Assembly (NCBI GenBank): GCA_016191235.1 | Contig: JACPOZ010000001.1 | Coordinates: 6,481 to 70,480, forward strand | Length of the DNA: 64,000 bases | Direction of reading: 5' to 3' | DNA from: Gammaproteobacteria bacterium | GTDB taxonomy: Bacteria > Pseudomonadota > Gammaproteobacteria > Ga0077554 > Ga007554 | Part shown: positions 45,293 to 52,763 of the stretch, one piece after another | Layout: each line of letters opens with the position of its first letter | Numbering within the stretch: the first letter of the stretch is position 1 | The notes under the pieces: generated by a model | What the model was told of the DNA's origin: nothing | Database searches by the model: none | What the model saw: only the letters and a program-made list of their open reading frames with translations | Position numbers and translations under genes: made by a program

Positions 45293-46064
45293 ACGCCGCC
45301 GTTTTATGGATGAGAGCGTCTATATCACCTATTCGGACATGGCGCTGTTGATGCTGGTCATCTTTATCTTCCTGTTCACCATCATGGTAATCACCGCCCG
45401 CATGTCGGGCGGCAGCCAGCCCGACAAACTAGACAAACTAAAAGGGCAGATGCAGGATCTCCAGCAGCGATTATCCGCAGCGGAAGCCGATAAAAAAAGC
45501 CTGGCCAAAAACCTCGAGCAGATCGTCGTCAACAGCGAGGAAAATTATCTCGAAAAGGTTCTCGAAACCTCCACCTTTGGCCGCAAGGACTTCGATCTTT
45601 TTATCGAAGGGCTGCAAAACATTCCCGGCGATGATATTCATCTGGTAGTCGACGCCTCGGGCTCCATGCACGGCCTGGCATCCTTCCTCGTACCAGTATT
45701 GCGGCTGGTCATCACAAAATCAGGCAAACGGCTATCCGCCATCACCTGGTTCTCCGATAACAAAGCGGAGACCTACACCGGCACGATGGGCGAAATGTTC
45801 GACCGGCTGATGCGCGGCGCGCCTTTCATCGGCAGCATGGAAACCATAGGCCACGCCTTCCGCGTCGCAGCCAGAAATTCCCCGCCGCCAGGGGCCTATT
45901 TGCTGGTTGGCGATGAACCATCCAACGACCAGATCTACTACGACAAAATCCCCAGCCCAGTGTTCACCCTGCCGCTGGGCCGTTCGAATGAATCAACCAA
46001 TCACGCATACGGCACCCTCGCGCAAAAAACCGGTGGCAGGATGCTGCACCTTGATTTCAAGTAG
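45285..46064 (+). CDS. MotB/ExbD-like TM anchor, coiled coil and vWA domain protein
   Basis: 259 aa. RRRR then TM with Asp (YITYSDMALLMLVIFIFLFTIMVI), a coiled coil, and a vWA domain with MIDAS HLVVDASGSMHG ... LLVGDEPS. Overlaps the upstream gene by 8 nt. Confidence 0.72.
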   Translation: MNRRRRFMDESVYITYSDMALLMLVIFIFLFTIMVITARMSGGSQPDKLDKLKGQMQDLQQRLSAAEADKKSLAKNLEQIVVNSEENYLEKVLETSTFGRKDFDLFIEGLQNIPGDDIHLVVDASGSMHGLASFLVPVLRLVITKSGKRLSAITWFSDNKAETYTGTMGEMFDRLMRGAPFIGSMETIGHAFRVAARNSPPPGAYLLVGDEPSNDQIYYDKIPSPVFTLPLGRSNESTNHAYGTLAQKTGGRMLHLDFK

Positions 46065-46101
46065 AAGCGACAAGAAGATGGCGCATCCCTGCGCCACCAC
46101 C

Positions 46102-47379
46102 TCAAAACTGCACATCCGCCATCAACCAGAACTTGTCGATGTCTTTAGCCAGGGTTGACGTGTTGCGCGCCACATTGGTTGCGTTGCTGTCAGCGCTATA
46201 GGCGGCATATTTGGCGGTAAGCACTAATGACTTGTTGATCTTCTTCGCCGCCTGCAGATTCCATTCGGAGCCATAGTCGTAGCCAAGATTATCGGAGGCA
46301 TACTTATGATAAACAGCCGTCAGGTTGACACCACCGAGAATCGTGCCGGCGCTCAGAAAGGTATCTTTGATCCCATCGTTTGGCGTGGCCAGAAACTTGT
46401 CCGCCCAACCGTTAAAGGCATGCAGCGTGGCCAGGGGAGTAGCAAACCCGTAGGTGCCGTCACCGCTCAACACTTCGTGACCAAGTTTGACCTGCACATC
46501 GCTGACATCGACACCCGCCATCAGGTTGGTGTAATCACCGTCCACCTTGCTCTCGCCACCCGCGTAATTGCTTTGTTTGGCATATTCCGCAGTGTATAAA
46601 AATTTCACTGCCATTGATTCAGGTTTGTAGCCACCGTCAAATCGCAATCCGAGGGTTTTGTTGGATAGCGTGCTGGAAATGGGCTGTGCCTTGTCGTAAT
46701 CCAGGAAATAACCGTAGCCCACGATTGAGGCCGGTGCAAATCCCTTATAGGCAATGTTCAGCAGTTCACTGGACATATTAAGATCGCCCTGGGTACTGTT
46801 TGCCCCAAAGATACGCCGGACATTCATGACATGCCCATAAAATATCGTGGTATCCGGCAGCGAATTATTGGTTACCGTAAAGGCGTCAAAGGCTTGGGCA
46901 TTTTGGCGCCACTCCACCGTACCGATGAAACGCTGGTTATCGAGATTGATGCCTTGGCGGCCATACTTGAAAACGGTGTCAGGCAATCCTTTATAGCTTA
47001 AAAAGGCTTGCTGCACCTGGGCACCCTTGGGATCAACAACGGTCGGGTATTGTGTCCGGCCGTTCACCGTGCTGTTATAGTGTTCACTGCCCACCACACG
47101 CACATCCTGAAGTTGAATGAAGCCTGACAAATTCAGGTAATCGCCCGTCATATAGCCTAGCCGTGTGCGCAGTGTCGACGCCCCCGCCTGTTCGGTCTTC
47201 GTCGCATCATCCACCCATTCATAACGATAACGGAGTTGCCCGGAAACCTTGCCGCTGCTTAACGCCTCGACCAGCGTGTCTGCGGCATAAGATACCGGCA
47301 TGGATGCGGCCATACCTCCAACTGTCAGAGCGACGAAAAGAGAAGGATTAAACAGCGTGTTGGAAATACCTTTTTTCAT
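46102..47379 (-). CDS. outer-membrane beta-barrel porin (alginate-export/AlgE-like family), last gene of the nitrate-uptake operon
   Basis: 425 aa. Signal peptide ..MAASMPVSYA/AD, LRYRYEWVDD start typical of this porin family, alternating beta-strand pattern, terminal Phe. Confidence 0.75.
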   Translation of the reverse strand: MKKGISNTLFNPSLFVALTVGGMAASMPVSYAADTLVEALSSGKVSGQLRYRYEWVDDATKTEQAGASTLRTRLGYMTGDYLNLSGFIQLQDVRVVGSEHYNSTVNGRTQYPTVVDPKGAQVQQAFLSYKGLPDTVFKYGRQGINLDNQRFIGTVEWRQNAQAFDAFTVTNNSLPDTTIFYGHVMNVRRIFGANSTQGDLNMSSELLNIAYKGFAPASIVGYGYFLDYDKAQPISSTLSNKTLGLRFDGGYKPESMAVKFLYTAEYAKQSNYAGGESKVDGDYTNLMAGVDVSDVQVKLGHEVLSGDGTYGFATPLATLHAFNGWADKFLATPNDGIKDTFLSAGTILGGVNLTAVYHKYASDNLGYDYGSEWNLQAAKKINKSLVLTAKYAAYSADSNATNVARNTSTLAKDIDKFWLMADVQF

Positions 47380-47419
47380 GATTTATACCCCAGGTTATAA
47401 CTAATAATTTAAAAAATAA

Positions 47420-48211
47420 TCAAGCCGCTTCTTTCTTGTGCCGCGCATACAAGAACTGCAACACTTCACCGCGCAAATGGACATAACGCGCGTCCTCGGC
47501 CAACGCCAGGCGATCACGCGGTCGCGGAAGATTGACCTCCAGCACCTCACCTATCGTTGCCGCAGGCCCGTTAGTCATCATGACGATGCGGTCGGACAAC
47601 AGCACTGCCTCATCCACGTCATGCGTCACCATGATCGCAGTGCTGCCTAATGCCGCGACAATACGCATCAACTCATCCTGGAGATGGGCACGCGTAAGCG
47701 CATCCAGCGCACCAAAAGGCTCATCAAGCAGCAACACCTTGGGCTGCATGGAGAGCGCCCGCGCAATGCCGACACGCTGCTTCATGCCACCCGAGATCTC
47801 ATGCGGCAGCTTGTACATGGCGTGCCCCAGTCCAACCAATTCCAACGCCTCCTTTGTGCGTTTTTTCAGGTTCGCCTTATCCTCCTTGCGGCCAAACACG
47901 CGCTCCACTGCAAGATAAACATTGTCAAAGCAGGTCAACCAGGGCAGCAGCGAATGATTTTGAAATACCACAGCACGATCCGGGCCGGGACCTGCAATCT
48001 CACGGCCTGCGCAAAACAAGGCCCCGCCGGTGGCATCTATCAACCCCGCCACCAGATTAAGCAATGTTGATTTTCCGCAACCTGAATGCCCAATGATGGA
48101 AATGAACTCACCCTGATCAATGCCCAAATCGACATCCTTTAGCGCAACAAATTTTCCTTTTTTTGTTTCAAAAGCCATTTGAACTTTTTCTACCTGAACA
48201 TATTTATTCAT
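47420..48211 (-). CDS. nrtC: nitrate/sulfonate/bicarbonate-type ABC transporter ATP-binding protein
   Basis: Walker A GHSGCGKSTLLNL, signature ISGGMKQRVGIARAL, Walker B LLLDEPFGALD. Confidence 0.88.
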   Translation of the reverse strand: MNKYVQVEKVQMAFETKKGKFVALKDVDLGIDQGEFISIIGHSGCGKSTLLNLVAGLIDATGGALFCAGREIAGPGPDRAVVFQNHSLLPWLTCFDNVYLAVERVFGRKEDKANLKKRTKEALELVGLGHAMYKLPHEISGGMKQRVGIARALSMQPKVLLLDEPFGALDALTRAHLQDELMRIVAALGSTAIMVTHDVDEAVLLSDRIVMMTNGPAATIGEVLEVNLPRPRDRLALAEDARYVHLRGEVLQFLYARHKKEAA

Positions 48212-48238
48212 GACTAGGTCACCTAATATTACAAATGA

Positions 48239-49144
48239 TCAATATTCAAACCGTTTTGCCACAAGCAAAAGCGCCTGTTCAAGAAGCAAACCTATGATGC
48301 CAACCACGAAAATGGCGATGATGATGTGCTCGACATTGAGGTTGTTCCATTCATCCCACACCCAGAAGCCAATCCCCACACCGCCGGTCAGCATCTCCGC
48401 CGCGACAATCACCAGCCAGGCCACACCTATCGCCAGACGCACACCGGTCATCATGTACGGCAATACCGCCGGGAATAGTATCTTGGTGAAGATCTTCCAC
48501 TCTGACAGATTAAGAACACGCGCCACGTTCATGTAATCCTGTGGAACCTTGCTCACGCCCACAGCGGTATTGATGATCATCGGCCAGATGCTGGAGATGA
48601 AAATCACCCAAATGGCAGCGGGCTGCGCTTCTTTAAACACCAGCAGACCGATAGGTAACCACGCCAACGGAGATACTGGACGCAGCAAGCTGATAATGGG
48701 AGACGCCATGCCGCTGAAGAAGGCGAAACGCCCGATCATGAAACCCAGCGGAATACCGATCAATGCCGCCAAGCCAAAGCCCATGCCGACACGCTCCAGA
48801 GAATTTAGAATATTCCAGCCGATACCCTTGTCATTCGGACCATTGTCATAGAATGGATCGCTGAACAACTCAACTGCTGAGGCCCAGGTCTTGATAGGGC
48901 CAGGAAGGTTTTCGCTGCGCTGCGCGATTAACTCCCAGAGCATCACGAACAGCATCAGTCCGAGTATCGGCGGCAGGATACGCTTTACAAAAAACTCTAA
49001 ACCCGCCTTAACATTTATCAGCTTAGACTTGACCTCCGAGACAACGGGTTTTTCCGCAGCCACAGGCTCATGTATTGTCTTCTGCACGACAATCTCCGAC
49101 AAATCCTCACCTGTTCGAACCTGCTTGATGCTTACTACAGTCAT
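48239..49144 (-). CDS. nrtB: nitrate ABC transporter permease
   Basis: 301 aa, multi-TM, BPD-transporter EAA-like loop ..VSKVPQDYMNVARVLNLSEWKIFTKILFPA.. Confidence 0.88.
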   Translation of the reverse strand: MTVVSIKQVRTGEDLSEIVVQKTIHEPVAAEKPVVSEVKSKLINVKAGLEFFVKRILPPILGLMLFVMLWELIAQRSENLPGPIKTWASAVELFSDPFYDNGPNDKGIGWNILNSLERVGMGFGLAALIGIPLGFMIGRFAFFSGMASPIISLLRPVSPLAWLPIGLLVFKEAQPAAIWVIFISSIWPMIINTAVGVSKVPQDYMNVARVLNLSEWKIFTKILFPAVLPYMMTGVRLAIGVAWLVIVAAEMLTGGVGIGFWVWDEWNNLNVEHIIIAIFVVGIIGLLLEQALLLVAKRFEY

Positions 49145-49155
49145 GGCGGTCTACC

Positions 49156-50454
49156 TCATACCTTGATCTTGAAACTGTTGGCATATTTCTTCGGATCCTT
49201 GCCATCCCATACGACGCCATCAATCAATTTGCTGACGCGCATCACATCTTTTGGCACCGGCACCTTTACTTGGGCTGCGGCCTCTTTGTAGAGGTCGATC
49301 TGGTTTACCTTTTTTGCGACAGCCAGATAATCAGGATCGTCTTTGAGCAATTTCCAGCGTTTATGTTGCGTCATAAACCACATGCCATCCGACAGATAGG
49401 GGAAATTGACAGCACCATCGTTGTAGAACTTCATGTAGTCGGGATCCTTCCACTTCCTGCCCATACCATTGTCGTAATCGCCGAGAAAGCGGCCCTCGAT
49501 AACCTCTTCCGGCGCATTAACATACGACTTGCTGGAAATGGTCTTGGCTACACCGGGCCGGTTGGCAAGGGTGTCGATATACTTCGACGCCTCCAGCACC
49601 GCCATGAGCATGGCGCGTGTGGTGTTGGGATATTTCTGTGTAAATTCTAGGGTAGTACCCAGCACTTTTTCCGGATGATCTTTCCAGATATCCTGCGTGG
49701 TCGCTGCAGTAAAGCCTATCTTGTCGTAAATAGCCCGGGCGTTCCACGGTTCGCCCACGCAATAGCCATCCATATTTCCGATGCGCATATTGGCAACCAT
49801 TTGCGGCGGTGGCACGGTGATGGTTTTTACATCGGTCAGCGGGTGTATACCGTAGGATGCCAGCCAGTAATAAAGCCACATCGCGTGGGTGCCCGTCGGG
49901 AAAGTCTGGGCAAAGGTATATTCGCGTTTTTCACCCTCGATCTTATCAATCAGTTTCTTCAGCGATGCGCCATCGACAACGCCCTTGGCCTTCGACTGAT
50001 TCGACAAAGTAATGGCCTGCCCATTGTTATTCAGGCACATCAACACAGCCATATCCTTTTGCTGACCGCCGATACCCATTTGCACGCCATACATCAAGCC
50101 ATATAACACATGTGCCGCGTCAAGCTCTCCATTCACTATCTTGTCACGCACTCCAGCCCAGCTTGCTTCTTTTGAAACTGTCACATCCAAACCGTATTTC
50201 TTGTACAACCCCAGCTCATCGGCCATCACCACGCTGGCGCAATCTGTGAGTGGAATAAAGCCAATCTTGAGTGTCTTTTTTTCCGGCGCATCGGAGCCTG
50301 CAGCCCACGCACCAGTACGAATTCCTGGGGAAATCATGCTCATCAGGGCAAAACCACCCAATACCGCACCTCCAGTTTTTAGAAAATTGCGGCGCGATAT
50401 TCCATCTGTTTTAATAACACCGCTTTTTTTCTTGAATTCATTATCATCACTCAT
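49156..50454 (-). CDS. nrtA: nitrate ABC transporter substrate-binding protein (Tat signal)
   Basis: Twin-arginine leader ..GISRRNFLKTGGAVLGGFALMS.., NrtA/NMT1-like body. Start trimmed to ATG 50454 (GGAGA upstream), because the ORF-track extension covers the leader/terminator. Confidence 0.86.
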   Translation of the reverse strand: MSDDNEFKKKSGVIKTDGISRRNFLKTGGAVLGGFALMSMISPGIRTGAWAAGSDAPEKKTLKIGFIPLTDCASVVMADELGLYKKYGLDVTVSKEASWAGVRDKIVNGELDAAHVLYGLMYGVQMGIGGQQKDMAVLMCLNNNGQAITLSNQSKAKGVVDGASLKKLIDKIEGEKREYTFAQTFPTGTHAMWLYYWLASYGIHPLTDVKTITVPPPQMVANMRIGNMDGYCVGEPWNARAIYDKIGFTAATTQDIWKDHPEKVLGTTLEFTQKYPNTTRAMLMAVLEASKYIDTLANRPGVAKTISSKSYVNAPEEVIEGRFLGDYDNGMGRKWKDPDYMKFYNDGAVNFPYLSDGMWFMTQHKRWKLLKDDPDYLAVAKKVNQIDLYKEAAAQVKVPVPKDVMRVSKLIDGVVWDGKDPKKYANSFKIKV

Positions 50455-50482
50455 CTTCACTTTCTCCCATTTTCGAATGTAC

Positions 50483-50564
50483 AAAAAAAAGGCGCCCATC
50501 TTCACAAGAAGATTTCCTGTGAAAATGGACGCCGTTGTCCGCATGGCAAACCGCCGTTGGCTTG
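50483..50564 (-). promoter_or_regulatory. ANTAR-type antitermination leader: two AACGGC hexaloop hairpins overlapping an intrinsic terminator
   Basis: RNA (minus strand): CAAGCC-AACGGC-GGTTTG ccatgc GGAC-AACGGC-GTCC. The second hairpin shares GGCGTCC with a 16-bp terminator stem GGCGTCCATTTTCACA/TGTGAAGATGGGCGCC, followed by U8, ~28 nt upstream of the nrtA ATG. Confidence 0.8.
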
Positions 50565-50608
50565 CCCGTGTTTGTGATGTCAACCCGCCATTGGGTCGAC
50601 TCACTTTA

Positions 50609-50765
50609 ATCCTACTGTGTCACAAAGCGCTGAAGGGCGCATTGCGGCGTTAAAGTCTGGTTCAAAATGCGGGGCCGTGAAGGGGCAAACTACATGTAAA
50701 CTCCGCTTTTTCGCCCGACTTTGCCTTGCACTGCATCCCTTGATCGCTTTGTGACACAGTAGGAT
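50609..50765. repeat. 157-bp element closed by perfect 21-bp inverted repeats (MITE-like or large RNA stem)
   Basis: atcctactgtgtcacaaagcg (50609-50629) is the exact reverse complement of cgctttgtgacacagtaggat (50745-50765). The element begins 9 nt after the nasT stop. Confidence 0.7.
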
Positions 50766-50774
50766 AAAAAACTG

Positions 50775-51347
50775 TTATGCCAGAATATCCGCAGCCGTAT
50801 TTATGCTGTTGGCCACGTCAATCATGCGCATGTTACGATCCATCGCCATCTTGCGCAGCAAGCGAAAAGCCTCATCTTCCGTGCACTTGCGTTGCTTCAT
50901 CACCACCCCCTTGGCACGCTCTATGTGCTTGCGCTCCGCCAGGGTTTCAGTCGTTTTTTCCAGATCGCGCTTGAGCGCTTGATGCTCGTCAAACCTGACC
51001 ATCGCAACATCAATAATGGGTTTGATGCGTTCGATGCTTAGCCCGCCTACCACATAGGCGCTTACGCCCGCCTTCACTGCGGCACGGATTTTTTCACTAT
51101 CGCCATCATGCGTAAACATCACTATAGGCCGTGGCTGATCACGGCTGATCACACATATATGTTCTAAGGTATCTCGATCCGGTGATTCCGTATCGATAAT
51201 AACCACATCGGGCTGTAATTCGCGGACACGCACATACAGGTTATCACCGGGATCAACTTGCGCGACAACGCTATGCCCGGCATCCTTGAATGCCTGAAGA
51301 AGCAAGGCGTTTCGCTGCGGGTCTTCATCTACTAGCATGATGCGCAT
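50775..51347 (-). CDS. nasT: ANTAR-domain response regulator (NasT/AmiR type)
   Basis: 190 aa. Receiver domain MRIMLVDED..VIIDTESPDRD.., C-terminal ANTAR ..LAERKHIERAKGVVMKQRKCTEDEAFRLLRKMAMDRNMRMIDVA. Confidence 0.88.
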   Translation of the reverse strand: MRIMLVDEDPQRNALLLQAFKDAGHSVVAQVDPGDNLYVRVRELQPDVVIIDTESPDRDTLEHICVISRDQPRPIVMFTHDGDSEKIRAAVKAGVSAYVVGGLSIERIKPIIDVAMVRFDEHQALKRDLEKTTETLAERKHIERAKGVVMKQRKCTEDEAFRLLRKMAMDRNMRMIDVANSINTAADILA

Positions 51348-51404
51348 TTTGATGCATGTCCCGCATTAATCCGTGAAATCCAATCGAACCTAATCAGAGC
51401 ATGA

Positions 51405-51419
51405 GCAATCAACATGCCA
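51405..51419 (-). promoter_or_regulatory. sigma-54 promoter for nasT-nrtABC-porin
   Basis: Minus strand reads TGGCATGTTGATTGC(T), matching TGGCAC-N5-TTGCW at all key positions. It lies ~55 nt upstream of the nasT ATG. Confidence 0.75.
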
Positions 51420-51504
51420 AGATCAGCCATCCCTAAGAATAAAATATTAAATCAATATGTTACAAACAATATTCCATCCCATCCTTTACCTTAACAGTTT
51501 GGCA

Positions 51505-51520
51505 TGCACTTTTTTGGTGA
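51505..51520 (-). promoter_or_regulatory. possible NtrC-type enhancer site
   Basis: TGCACT-TTTTT-GGTGA resembles TGCACC-N5-GGTGCA, ~100 bp upstream of the sigma-54 promoter. A GGTGCA half-site follows at 51546-51551. Confidence 0.35.
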
Positions 51521-51575
51521 GAACTCCATGCCTGGCGAGCGCTCATGGTGCAGGGCCATCGCCGGCGCCAGGAGC

Positions 51576-52548
51576 TCACTTGCGCAATTGCAACAACACC
51601 GCCTCCGCCTTGGCACCGAGAAAAACATACAACCCCAAGCCCACCAGCAAACCCACCGCCGCCAGCATCATCCATACTGCCTGCACCAGGTCATAACCAT
51701 CACCCAGCGCGGATTTGAACATCAGCAACAGCGACTCTATAGAAACCGCGATCAAAATCGCCGCCATGAAACGGCGTAATGGTGCGGCGCGTTGAACTGT
51801 GGCGGAAGATGTCTTTGTGCATCAGCACTTCTTCTTCCAGCGTCGTCTTTCCAAGATCAAACACCGCTAATGCGAGGGTAATAAAAACAATCACACTGAA
51901 GGGTTTTAATTGCAGCTCATGCGTGTTGTGTTCGGTATAAAGAAGCGACACCACTTCACTGAAAGCGGAATGAAGCAGCGCTGCAACCACGGAAAACAAT
52001 CCGGTCACAATCAGAATATAAACCAGTTTGAAATACGGTTGAAAACGCCGCCGGCCAGTATCTCCCATAAGAAACTCGACAGTCTCGCCCAGGTCGATAT
52101 CAAGCACAATATAGCCCTTGACCTGTTGCTTTTCGTCTACCAGCTTCATTGCAGTGGAAATGCACAGTTTTCTGCTTGCGCTGGACAGATAAGGTTCTGT
52201 CACCACCACCGACTCACTATCACGCGCCAGCATATAATAGGGCCGTTGACCGCGATCCTTGCCTTTACCGTCGCTGGCCGCCATAATTTTTCCATGAGCA
52301 TTAACATTATCGCTGGTTTGAATGCCGCTGGCGTCCAATGTATATAGAAGATCAACGAAGGGATAGTGCTGAACCAGGCACTGTATCGACTTGTGCTGAG
52401 CCTCCACGTCATCCAGCAGCCGTTCATCGGCAATGCCGGTGATGATCGAGGCCAGCAATTCCTGTATTGCGGCACGGTATTCGTGATAACGTTCGATAAT
52501 GCTGATATAACTCATGGCGCTCATGGACTTCCTCTTCATCAAGGACAT
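51576..52548 (-). pseudogene. Cache/PDC-like sensor domain fused to a PsiE-like 4-TM domain, interrupted by an apparent 1-nt frameshift near 51765
   Basis: ORF 51700-52548 has ..DRGQRPYYMLARDSESVVVTEPYLSSASRKLCISTAMKLV.. (Cache-like) plus 2 TMs and ends in out-of-character sequence. ORF 51576-51767, in another frame, supplies 2 more TMs (FMAAILIAVSIESLLLMFK.., ..VWMMLAAVGLLVGLGLYVFLG). Confidence 0.55.
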
Positions 52549-52763
52549 ACGACAATCCTGTCACCTTGCAGAAAGCATTTATCACGCCAACAATAATTTT
52601 ATTGCCATACAATACGTTGCATAAAAAATACGCCGCCATCGTATAAATCCGCACTTTTTTGGAACGAGCCATCCACGCCAGCGTGACAAGATCGGGCAAA
52701 GGCGGGAGAATATAATAGCGTGGCCCAATCCATGTGCCAGGGTAAAACACCAGAGAAAACCGC

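Noticed and set aside
44252-46064. Calling the MotA-like/MotB-like pair a Zorya system
   Set aside because: No ZorC/ZorD (type I), ZorE (type II) or ZorF/G-like genes are adjacent. The MotA-like tail is far shorter than I recall for ZorA. The MotB-like protein carries vWA instead of a PG-binding domain. Only the stator-like logic is shared.
46080-46095. Hairpin ggcgca-tccc-tgcgcc as a bidirectional terminator between the vWA gene and the porin gene
   Set aside because: The stem is only 6 bp and there is no flanking T/A run, so it is too weak to annotate as a terminator.
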